64,000 bases of DNA from an uncultured Clostridia bacterium (GTDB taxonomy: Bacteria; Bacillota; Clostridia; TANB77; CAG-508). Below the pieces are notes generated by a model. It did not search any database. It worked only from the letters and a program-made list of their open reading frames with translations, and was not told the origin of the DNA. The stretch covers positions 131,273-195,272 of the forward strand of contig CAKOUO010000001.1 in assembly GCA_934120645.1 (NCBI GenBank), written 5' to 3'. Below, in pieces: positions 17,491-26,108 of the stretch (position 1 is its first letter; each line of letters starts with the position of its first letter). Made by a program: the position numbers and the translations under genes.

Positions 17491-19371
17491 ATGAATAATC
17501 TAAAATTAAATAGTGATGTTTTTGTTTTATTACATGCATCAAACAAGCTTTGTAAAGAATTAAAATTAAATTTTACATCTGGGCTAATTACTTTTTTCAT
17601 GCTTGCTTTGTTGAAAGAAAGTGCATTTCATCGGTACTTACTAAGTAGAAAAATTAGTGATGAAGAAATTTTACAAGTTGCACAAAAGCTATTATTAAAG
17701 TATCATAAAGATTTTTTTGATAGAGAAAGGCGTACAACTCTATATTACTTTTGTTTTAAAAATCTAAAAGAAAAAATAGCTATTAGTAATACACTTTATG
17801 ATATTATAGTAAATGCTCAGGAAATAGCCCAAAACTACTATTATACTGAAACTATAACAAATCAATATATGCTTGCAGCATGTATTGAAAAATTTCCTGA
17901 TATCTATGAAGAATTCATGAGTTCTTGCTTAGGAAAAGAAGTTTTTTTGCCTAAAGCACCAAGTTATTTGGAAAAATCAGATTTAATTACACTTCCAAAT
18001 AATTTAGCAAGTTTTTTAACGGTTATGAACAATGAATATTCTTCAGATGATACTACTTGTAAAATACTTGGAAGAGAAGAAGAAACAGAACAACTTGTAA
18101 GAATACTTGCAAAGGCAACTAAGAAGAATGCAATTTTAGTAGGACCTCCTGGGGTAGGAAAAACAGCAATAGTAGAAAAATTTGCTTGGAGTGTTGTTAC
18201 TGGAAATTGCCATGAAAAATTTAAAAAATCCAAAATAATTTCGTTGGATGTAACATCTATAATTGCGGGAACACAATACAGAGGGTCAGCAGAAGATCGG
18301 TTTAAAGACCTGGTTGAATACTTGAAAGACAATCCGGATTGTATACTGTTCATTGACGAAATACATAGCATATTAGGTGCTGGAGCTTGCAGGGACGGTG
18401 ATTTAGATTTAGAGAATTCTTTGAAACCAATTTTGGCTAGGGGAGATACACAAGTAATTGGAGCAACAACATCAGAAGAATACAGAAAATATTTTTCTCA
18501 AGATGGAGCCTTGAAACGAAGATTTGAAAAAATAGAAGTAAAGGAACCACATGTAGAAGAACTTTATGACATGATTAAAAATCAAATATCTCGTTTGGAA
18601 AAATTTCATAATGTAATTATTCCGAGAGAATTAATTGATTTTGCCATATTGAATGCATCATGTTTCAATTATGAAACTAAAAATCCAGATAGAACATTAG
18701 ATTTACTGGATCGTGCCATGGCTGGAGCAGAATTAAAAAACAAACATGTACTTGATAAGCAGGATATATTAGAGAATTTTGCTATTAGAAAAAAACAGTT
18801 TGATGAAATGCCATATAATAAAAAAATGGCAACAGCTTATCATGAGGCAGGGCACTACATTGTCCACCGTTTTTCTTCTGAGTTACAACATTATACCACC
18901 ACATTAGCAATATCAATTATTCCAGCAGAGGATTACTTAGGAGTTAATGTATATGAACAAAACGAAGGTACAACTCCTTATGAAAACAAAACATTTTACA
19001 TTCAGCTAATTGCTGAAAAATTAGGTGGTAGACTAGCAGAAAAGGCATATAGTGGAGAACTTTCTTCTGGAGCCTCTTCAGATTTAAAAAATGCAACAAA
19101 AATTGCTAAAAACATGGTAACATGTTATGGGTTGGATAAAAGGTTTACCCCAAATAGGACATACTTTATGGAAGATGAAAAGCCAATGTATTCAGAAAAT
19201 GTAATTAAAAAAATCGATGCATCAATTGATAAAATCCTTAATGAAGCTACAAGATATGCTAACAAAATTTTAAAGAAGCACAAAAAGGAGCTTAATATGT
19301 TAGTAGATGAACTTATGCAAAAAGGGATGCTGTCAAAAATCGAACTCGATTCTATTTTTAAAGAAAACTAA
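17491..19371 (+). CDS. Soluble chimera: Clp_N repeat domain + ClpA/ClpC-D1-type AAA+ module + FtsH-type M41 zinc metalloprotease
   Basis: Walker A GPPGVGKT (18142-18165) and Walker B ILFIDEIH (D289-E290 at 18355-18360). ClpA-D1 signature IGATTSEEYRKYFSQDGALKRRFEKIEVKEP. HEAGH at 18841-18855, plus FtsH-like LGGRLAEKA and SSGASSDLKNAT blocks. No TM helix. Confidence 0.85.
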   Translation: MNNLKLNSDVFVLLHASNKLCKELKLNFTSGLITFFMLALLKESAFHRYLLSRKISDEEILQVAQKLLLKYHKDFFDRERRTTLYYFCFKNLKEKIAISNTLYDIIVNAQEIAQNYYYTETITNQYMLAACIEKFPDIYEEFMSSCLGKEVFLPKAPSYLEKSDLITLPNNLASFLTVMNNEYSSDDTTCKILGREEETEQLVRILAKATKKNAILVGPPGVGKTAIVEKFAWSVVTGNCHEKFKKSKIISLDVTSIIAGTQYRGSAEDRFKDLVEYLKDNPDCILFIDEIHSILGAGACRDGDLDLENSLKPILARGDTQVIGATTSEEYRKYFSQDGALKRRFEKIEVKEPHVEELYDMIKNQISRLEKFHNVIIPRELIDFAILNASCFNYETKNPDRTLDLLDRAMAGAELKNKHVLDKQDILENFAIRKKQFDEMPYNKKMATAYHEAGHYIVHRFSSELQHYTTTLAISIIPAEDYLGVNVYEQNEGTTPYENKTFYIQLIAEKLGGRLAEKAYSGELSSGASSDLKNATKIAKNMVTCYGLDKRFTPNRTYFMEDEKPMYSENVIKKIDASIDKILNEATRYANKILKKHKKELNMLVDELMQKGMLSKIELDSIFKEN

Positions 19372-19430
19372 GTATCTATGATTATTCAAAATAATTTAGT
19401 AGAAAATATTCTACTAATCATATCTCTAAA

Positions 19431-19466
19431 AGAAGTATTGCAACTGTAATACTTCTTTCTTTTTTG
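19431..19466 (+). terminator. Intrinsic terminator
   Basis: agaagtatt/aatacttct 9-bp stem with an 8-nt loop and a T-run. Confidence 0.6.
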
Positions 19467-19534
19467 TTCTAAAAAAGACAACCCTTGAATATATATAAAT
19501 ATCAGAATAATAAAAAGTAAAGGAGAATGGTAAT

Positions 19535-19831
19535 ATGACAATTGATGAAAGAAAAAGTATAAATACAGGGGTAATACAAAATTTAATATTGGAAAATAGG
19601 GGAAAGCTAAGCATATCAGGAGTAAATGATGTATTAAGCTTTGATGACCAAGTAGTAATGGTAGAAACAGAACTTGGACTTCTAACAGTAAAAGGCGAAA
19701 ATTTAAGAATCAACAAATTAAGTATAGATACATCAGAAGTCATAGTAGAAGGAGATATCTCATATCTAGCATATAGTGATAAAGAATTAGAAAAAAATAA
19801 AGGAAGCTTTATAAGCAAAATTTTTAAATAA
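19535..19831 (+). CDS. yabP: Sporulation protein YabP
   Basis: The ISGVNDVLSFDDQVVMVETELGLLTVKGENLRI pattern and the conserved yabP-yabQ-divIC order. Confidence 0.85.
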   Translation: MTIDERKSINTGVIQNLILENRGKLSISGVNDVLSFDDQVVMVETELGLLTVKGENLRINKLSIDTSEVIVEGDISYLAYSDKELEKNKGSFISKIFK

Positions 19832-19850
19832 AACAAAGGATGGATGAATT

Positions 19851-20333
19851 ATGATTATAAATCAAGCACAATTATTTTTAATTTTTACATTAAATGGTGT
19901 TTTGATTGGCTTATTATTTGATACATTTAGAATTTTAAGAAGAAGTTTTAAAACAAAAGATTTTATAACATATATAGAAGACATTCTATTTTGGATTTTA
20001 ACAGGTTTATTATTACTATACTCTATATTTACTTTTAGTAATGGAGAAATACGATTATACATGTTTATGGGCGTTTTAATAGGATGTATTCTATATATGT
20101 TATTAATAAGTAATCATTTTATAAAAATTAATGTAAAAATTATGTTGGTTTTAAAAAAGATAATAGGAAAAATAATAGCAATATTAATTTTTCCTTTAAA
20201 AGTGATTTTTAAACCTATAAACTTTATTACTATAAATATGAAAAAATTTTCTATTAAAGAATACAAAAAGATAAAAAAATCAATTAAAACACAAAAAAAT
20301 AAATTACATACACAAAACCTACAAAAAAATTAA
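19851..20333 (+). CDS. yabQ: Spore cortex biosynthesis protein YabQ
   Basis: Small polytopic membrane protein immediately after yabP. SNGEIRLYMFMGVLIG motif. Confidence 0.7.
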   Translation: MIINQAQLFLIFTLNGVLIGLLFDTFRILRRSFKTKDFITYIEDILFWILTGLLLLYSIFTFSNGEIRLYMFMGVLIGCILYMLLISNHFIKINVKIMLVLKKIIGKIIAILIFPLKVIFKPINFITINMKKFSIKEYKKIKKSIKTQKNKLHTQNLQKN

Positions 20334-20404
20334 AAAATAAGAAGGATTTTTGCAAAAAAAGTAGAAATATATATTATATGGAATTTTAGACTGGAGAGAT
20401 ACTT

Positions 20405-20674
20405 ATGAAAAAGAAATTATATAAAAGATTATTAATATTACTATTATTAGGATATGCATTATTTACATTAATAAATCAACAAAAAGTGTTAAATCAATAT
20501 AACTCAAACAGTAAAGATTTAGCATCACAAATAGAAGAAGAAAAAACAAACAATAAAGAACTTTTAGCTGAAAAAGATAATGTAAATTCAAAAGAATTTA
20601 TAGAGCAAACAGCTAGAGAAATGTTAGATATGTATTATCCAAATGAAAAAGTTTATGTCGATAAAGGAATGTAA
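20405..20674 (+). CDS. divIC: Septum formation initiator (FtsB/DivIC family)
   Basis: 89 aa with an N-terminal TM helix and a coiled coil. Synteny after yabQ. Confidence 0.7.
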   Translation: MKKKLYKRLLILLLLGYALFTLINQQKVLNQYNSNSKDLASQIEEEKTNNKELLAEKDNVNSKEFIEQTAREMLDMYYPNEKVYVDKGM

Positions 20675-20677
20675 TAA

Positions 20678-20706
20678 AAAATCCTTATTTTAAGGATTTT
20701 TATTTT
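20678..20706 (+). terminator. Intrinsic terminator
   Basis: aaaatcctta/taaggatttt 10-bp stem with a 3-nt loop and a T-rich tail. Confidence 0.6.
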
Positions 20707-20847
20707 ATTTAAGAAAGCACTTCCTTTTTCTGGAAAAATATGTTATAATAAAAACATAAATTAATTCGAAAACAAAATCCCACAAATAAACTTTATAAAA
20801 TTATTTTATACAATGCATATTGAATATGTATTTTTTAGGAGGTATAT

Positions 20848-22152
20848 ATGATAGATTTAGAAGAAAAATCACTTTTAGAATTAAAAGAATTAGCAAAAGA
20901 AAATAATATTAAGAACATTTCAAAATTAAAAAAAGAAGAGCTATTAGAGATGCTAAAACAAGTATTAAATACAAACGAAAAAGAAGAAACATCTCAAGAA
21001 CAAGAACTTTCAGGCTATAAACTTACAACTGAAGGTGATGAAATAGTAGAAGGAATTTTAGATATATTACCAGATGGATATGGTTTTTTAAGAGGGGATA
21101 ATTATTTATCAAGTCCTAAAGATGTTTATATATCAATGGTACAAATAAGAAGATTTAAACTAGATACTGGTGATGTAATAAAAGGAATATCAAGATTTAG
21201 AGAAGGTGAAAAATTCCCATCATTAATATTTGTAGGAGAAGTTAATGGAGAGTCACCTGAAAAAGCTGCAAAAAGAAAGAGATTTGATGAACTAACACCT
21301 ATATATCCAACAGAAAGAATAAAATTAGAAACAAAATCTGATGAATATGCAATGAGAATAATAGATTTAATGTCTCCAATTGGTAAAGGGCAAAGAGGAA
21401 TGATAGTTGCTCCTCCAAAAGTTGGTAAAACAACTTTATTAAAAAAAGTAGCAAATAGCATTTCAGTTAATACACCTGAAGCAAAATTAATAGTATTATT
21501 AATTGACGAAAGACCAGAAGAAGTAACAGATATGAAAAGATCAATAAATGGAGAAGTTATATACTCAACTTTTGATGAATTACCAGAACATCATGTAAAA
21601 GTAGCAGAAATGGTATTAGAAAGAGCAAAAAGGTTAGTAGAACAAGGACAAGATGTTGTTATTTTGCTTGATAGTATTACAAGACTTGCAAGAGCATATA
21701 ACTTAACAATACCATCTTCTGGAAGAACGTTATCTGGAGGTCTTGACCCAGCTTCATTACATAAACCAAAGAAATTTTTTGGTGCAGCTAGAAATATAGA
21801 AAATGGCGGAAGTCTTACAATATTAGCAACAGCATTAATTGAAACAGGTAGTAGAATGGATGATGTTATATTTGAAGAATTTAAAGGTACTGGTAACATG
21901 GAAGTACATTTAGATAGAAAATTATCTGAAAAACGTATTTTCCCAGCAATAGATATTAATAAATCTGGTACAAGAAGGGAAGATTTATTACTTACTCCAA
22001 AAGAAAGAGAAACAGTTTTTGCTTTAAGAAAGGCTATGAACAGTATGCCTGTAGCTGATGTTACAGAACAAGTTATTTCAATGATGGTAAAAACTAAGAA
22101 TAACCAAGAATTTTTGGATGAAATTGATAACTATATAAGAAGATTTAAATAA
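20848..22152 (+). CDS. rho: Transcription termination factor Rho
   Basis: Rho_[26 protein letters not shown], the CSD-like RNA-binding domain, Walker [11 protein letters not shown] and [26 protein letters not shown]. Confidence 0.97.
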   Translation: MIDLEEKSLLELKELAKENNIKNISKLKKEELLEMLKQVLNTNEKEETSQEQELSGYKLTTEGDEIVEGILDILPDGYGFLRGDNYLSSPKDVYISMVQIRRFKLDTGDVIKGISRFREGEKFPSLIFVGEVNGESPEKAAKRKRFDELTPIYPTERIKLETKSDEYAMRIIDLMSPIGKGQRGMIVAPPKVGKTTLLKKVANSISVNTPEAKLIVLLIDERPEEVTDMKRSINGEVIYSTFDELPEHHVKVAEMVLERAKRLVEQGQDVVILLDSITRLARAYNLTIPSSGRTLSGGLDPASLHKPKKFFGAARNIENGGSLTILATALIETGSRMDDVIFEEFKGTGNMEVHLDRKLSEKRIFPAIDINKSGTRREDLLLTPKERETVFALRKAMNSMPVADVTEQVISMMVKTKNNQEFLDEIDNYIRRFK

Positions 22153-22160
22153 TTAATAAA

Positions 22161-22188
22161 AAAGAGCATTTTTTAATGTTCTTTTTTA
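22161..22188 (+). terminator. Intrinsic terminator after rho
   Basis: aaagagcatt/aatgttcttt 10-bp stem (one G-U pair) with a tttt loop and a T-run. Confidence 0.55.
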
Positions 22189-22192
22189 TTAA

Positions 22193-22221
22193 TTGACATA
22201 ATTTAAATTTTGTAGTAAACT
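22193..22221 (+). promoter_or_regulatory. Putative promoter of the second Clp-AAA/M41 gene
   Basis: TTGACA (22193-22198), 17-nt spacer, TAAACT (22216-22221). AGGAGG RBS at 22256-22261. Confidence 0.45.
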
Positions 22222-22269
22222 ATTAACATAAAAACTTGTAAATATTAATTTCAATAGGAGGAATCAACT

Positions 22270-23737
22270 ATGAAAAAAATTAAATTTCCACAAATCAAAC
22301 GGCAGCCGATTAACTATTCTACTATAAATGTAGTACCATTCAAATATTATCCATTTCTTTACGATTTGAATAATGTATATTCATTAGTAGACTCTAGCAT
22401 TATTCTTGGAAGAGATAAAGAAATTAATAGGATTTGCAACTGCTTTTTTAGAAATAAGAAAGCAAATGCAATTCTGTTAGGAGACCATGGAGTTGGGAAG
22501 ACAGCAATAGTACAAAAGCTAGTAGACAATGTAATAAAAAAGAAATGTCCTAAAGAAATGTATAATTATCATTTCTTATATCTAGACATTGGATTAATAC
22601 TAGCTAATTTAAGTTTTGATAAAAAGATGCCTAAAAAACTAGGTCAAATATTTGAATTTCTATATAGTTATACTAATATAGTAGTAGTTATAGACCAGGT
22701 GCATCTTGTTCAAGCAAGTGAGCTTTTGTCTTATTATTTTGCGGTACTTGTAAAACATCCAAATATTAAAATTTTGGGACTATCAACAGAAGAGGAATTT
22801 TATCAATTCTTTGAATTTGATAAAAAAACACGGTCAAGGCTGGAAATTATACCGATTTTTGAGCCAAAACCAAATAAAATCTATCCAATGATTAAAAATG
22901 TTATTCATAGGCTAGAGATAGCTCATGGGGTTACAATTAGTAAAGCACTCGTGAGATAACATAATTTGTGTATCCCAAGCTTTTACAAACGAAATTTGCA
23001 ATCCGGAACTCACAGTAGATATCGTAGAGAAATCTATGATTTTTGCAAAAGGAAAACATAAGGAGGAAGTTTCGAAAAAAGATGTTAATTCCAACTTCAA
23101 TTTTAATTATGAACTATACAAAAAAATGTCCAAAGAAGATAAAGAAATTACAGCTTATCATGAAGCTGGACATTTTGTAGTTTCGAAAATGTCTGAGAAT
23201 ATTAGAAACTATAAAACGACAGCCATTACTATTGTTCCAGCGGAGGACTTCTTAGGACTTACTACTTTTGAATTTGAACTTGAAAAACAAACATCTTGTG
23301 ACAAAAACTATTATATCGACAATATTGCTGTAGATCTTGCTGGAAGAGAAGCTGAAATTATTTATTACGGATCAGAAGACAAACTAACTAGTGGAGCGAG
23401 AGAAGATTTAATCAGTTCCACAAAAACAGCAAGAAGAATGGTTACTGAATATGGAATGACAGCTGAAACTGGAAAAAATATATCCTATTTGGGTATACAG
23501 GATTTTACAAATTTATCATTAATTAGTGAAAAAATAAAAGATGCTATTGATGAAGCTACAAAAAAACTTATTTCTGAAGCAGAAAAAAGGGCCAAAAACA
23601 TATTGAAAGAAAATGATGAATTATTAAGAAGAATTGCACAGGAATTAATGGAAAACGAAGTACTTGATGAATGCGATTTGAATAGGATTTGCAAGGAGGT
23701 AGAAGAAAGTAAAAAGATTGGGAAATCAGAAGATTAA
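22270..23737 (+). pseudogene. Paralogue of the Clp-AAA/M41 chimera, no Clp_N, Walker B Asp-Gln, split by a 1-nt frameshift (frame 1 to 22956, frame 2 from 22955)
   Basis: GDHGVGKT (22480-22503). VVVIDQVH, with Q at 22696-22698, replaces IDEIH. Frame 1 stops at 22957-22959. Frame 2 is open from 22955 and continues the alignment without a gap (ISKALV|DNIICVSQAF versus IPRELIDFAILNASCF in the intact copy). HEAGH at 23159-23173, LAGREAE and TSGAREDLISST. Confidence 0.75.
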
Positions 23738-23764
23738 ATAATAGTATTATCTGGAAATTTAAAA

Positions 23765-23794
23765 AGGGAAGATTTTAAATAATCTTCCCTTTTT
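23765..23794 (+). terminator. Intrinsic terminator
   Basis: agggaagatt/aatcttccct 10-bp stem with a 6-nt loop and a T-run. Confidence 0.65.
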
Positions 23795-23920
23795 AATGTA
23801 AATATATAAAACTTCAAAAGTTAATTTATTTAATGCAATGTTTTGTCAAAAAATCAAAAATATATATAATTGTTTTGTTTACATAACTGTGATATAATAA
23901 TGACCAAAGGGGGGAATAAT

Positions 23921-24199
23921 ATGTTCGAATATAGTATATTGATTAAAAATGGAAACTGTCAGCCATATATTTTACAAACTTATAATAATATTGAAAGTGC
24001 AAAAGCAGCATTGTATAATATAGTTACATTAGAAGAAGATAGAGGACGATTTTTTTATGTTGATAATGACTTTTTTTATAATAAATATCCTTTAGGAAAT
24101 GGCAAATATATTTGTATAAAAGAAAGAGAAGTTAGTAACTGGGAAAATTATTCTGAATATAAACGTAAATCTAAATCTAAGAATATATGTGTTTTATAA
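23921..24199 (+). CDS. Hypothetical protein (92 aa, orphan)
   Basis: ATG 23921 lies after AAAGGGGGG (23906-23914). TTGTCA-16 nt-TATAAT promoter at 23843-23870. No motif recognised. Confidence 0.45.
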   Translation: MFEYSILIKNGNCQPYILQTYNNIESAKAALYNIVTLEEDRGRFFYVDNDFFYNKYPLGNGKYICIKEREVSNWENYSEYKRKSKSKNICVL

Positions 24200-24252
24200 T
24201 ATGCTGTAAAGTAGATGGGTGTATGTATCTATGTTATTTTGCATATATAACA

Positions 24253-24278
24253 TTGCACAAAATCAAAGTTTTGTGCAA
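24253..24278. other. Perfect 10-bp hairpin/palindrome in the ORF-free region
   Basis: ttgcacaaaa-tcaaag-ttttgtgcaa. Confidence 0.6.
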
Positions 24279-24383
24279 AAAGAGATAGGAGCAAAATAAT
24301 AGAACCCCTTTCAGAGTCCTACCCACAAGCTCTTGTAACTACTAGCCTTAAAGGCTTTACTAGCTATTTATTAGCTATCGTTT

Positions 24384-24431
24384 GACTAACAATTATTACT
24401 TCATAATTTATTACTTGTAATAATGTTAGTC
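24384..24431. other. Long 15-bp hairpin (one bulged A) in the ORF-free region
   Basis: gactaacAattattac (24384-24399) pairs with gtaataatgttagtc (24417-24431) around a 17-nt loop. Smaller palindromes lie at 24344-24356 and 24361-24377. Confidence 0.6.
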
Positions 24432-24804
24432 TGGTCCCAGATATTTATTTCTAAAATCAATTTTAAATCAGTTTTATAATTTATCTTTATAATTTTATAT
24501 TTAAATATTTTTTCTATTTAAAATTTATTTTATTACTTAATAATTTTTATTTCATATTATATTTTATATATTTTTTTCAAAAATCTTCAAAATGCCTATT
24601 TCTCTATATTTGCAGTATTTTACCAACAACAAACTATAAGCCTAAAAAATAAAAACGGCTTAAAATCGATTCTCGTGCGTCACTTTTTTAGCCTTTTTCA
24701 AGCATTTTTAATAAATGCCTAAAAATCAGAATTTCTACTTAAATTTATATATTTTATATTATAAAGACTATCTTTTAAAATTTATACATCTGATTAAAAA
24801 ATAT

Positions 24805-24837
24805 AACTTGTTAGATAAAATATAAAAATCTCTTAAA
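24805..24837 (+). repeat. 33-nt direct repeat, copy 1
   Basis: aacttgttagataaaatataaaaatctcttaaa, identical to 26109-26141. Confidence 0.8.
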
Positions 24838-25296
24838 ATCAATTTTAGCGTGTCTAAAATATAAAATTATATTATGGATTTGTAATCTAAAATTATATAA
24901 TAGCTATACAAAAATTTTATTAAAGTATAATGAAAAATTTATTTACAAACAATTTTAACAAATGTTCGTTTTTTAAAATTTCATGTATAAAATTAACTTT
25001 ACACAAAATTTTAAATTTTTAAATTATAAATTTTACTTATAAATTTTTTTAAATTCTAAATTTAAAATTTTATTATTTATTTTTTTAAAATTTTTATTTT
25101 ATATATTTTAATAGTATAAAACTTTTTATGTGTTTATTTTTTAGTTTTAAAATTCTTTCTAAGTTTCTATTTTTGCATTTTCTTTGAAATAGCCTATTTT
25201 CCCTATTCCCCACTTATTTTGCTGCATATATGAAAAATATCTATATAACATTTAAGTTTTTGTTTAGCTAAATCTTACTAAAGTCTATATTAGGAT

Positions 25297-25339
25297 AAAA
25301 TAAAAGAGCCTCCTAGCTCTTTTATTTATTGATTTTTTG
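25297..25339 (-). terminator. Conserved AT-rich terminator module, copy 1
   Basis: aaaataaaagagcc-tccta-gctcttttatttattgattttttg. It contains the stop codon and last codons of the 207-aa gene. Related copies are at 26368-26410 and 26935-26977. Confidence 0.6.
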
Positions 25340-25945
25340 TTTGAATTTGAGTACGTATTTACTAATTTTTTCTCTTCTTTTAATTACTTTTCTAGATTTA
25401 AGGCTTTTTCTATATGCTCTTATTGCACTAATGCAATAACTATGATTCCAGAAATAATACCAGTAAAAATCTTTTATAGTAAAAAAAATTGAGTTTAGAA
25501 AAGAATTCTCTTGATTATTAATAATAAATAACTTTTTAAACCTGTTACATTTAAATTTTAAGATATACATCTTATCATATAATTTTTGTCTCTTGGGTTT
25601 ACTCCAATCAATTACAATAATATCAGGTTTTTCTAAAACAATGTTATCATATTGATTTAGTATATACCCTTTTCGCCAATAATAATTAAGAACATCTTCG
25701 AGTTCTATATCTGATAATTCTTTTAAATCAAGTTTTGCTCCGTTTAATCCATATGCTAACTTTGATGTATCATAATGAAAAATTCCACTTGTCTGCATAG
25801 AATACAATTCAAAATTAATATTGCTAATCCAAAAAGAAATAATATCTTTTGCTCGTTTATTGGCAAAATTTTCTTCTGACAATTTTCTAAGCTCTATATT
25901 GTATTCAATAAATTCTTCAATTTGATTCCGTACTTCTTTTTTCAT
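25322..25945 (-). CDS. Hypothetical protein (207 aa, orphan; basic C-terminal tail)
   Basis: GAAGGAGGAAAAAG RBS ahead of the ATG at 25945. Strong promoter upstream. No motif recognised. Confidence 0.55.
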   Translation of the reverse strand: MKKEVRNQIEEFIEYNIELRKLSEENFANKRAKDIISFWISNINFELYSMQTSGIFHYDTSKLAYGLNGAKLDLKELSDIELEDVLNYYWRKGYILNQYDNIVLEKPDIIVIDWSKPKRQKLYDKMYILKFKCNRFKKLFIINNQENSFLNSIFFTIKDFYWYYFWNHSYCISAIRAYRKSLKSRKVIKRREKISKYVLKFKQKINK

Positions 25946-26013
25946 CTTTTTCCTCCTTCAATAATTATTGAAATGTTTATATATTCTATTTTTAGATTAG
26001 TACCTCGTATATA

Positions 26014-26042
26014 ATTATACTTTTTCTATTCCGAAAAGTCAA
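26014..26042 (-). promoter_or_regulatory. Putative sigma-A promoter of the 207-aa gene
   Basis: On the minus strand: TTGACT (26042-26037), 17-nt spacer, TATAAT (26019-26014). Confidence 0.55.
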
Positions 26043-26108
26043 CTTTTTGTTTTTTTCGTAATAGAATATTGTTATTATAATCTATTATTAAATTAATATA
26101 CATTAAAA

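Noticed and set aside
22945-22960. Programmed ribosomal frameshift as an explanation for the split second chimera (and likewise for dpaB at 36580-36590).
   Set aside because: There is no slippery heptamer, no upstream SD-like stimulator as in prfB, and no downstream structure. Simple 1-nt indels (mutation or sequencing error) are the more economical explanation.
24440-25290. Possible CRISPR array or tandem-repeat array in the ORF-free AT-rich region.
   Set aside because: I found no repeat unit of constant length with regular spacing, only low-complexity A/T words. No cas genes are present in the window.
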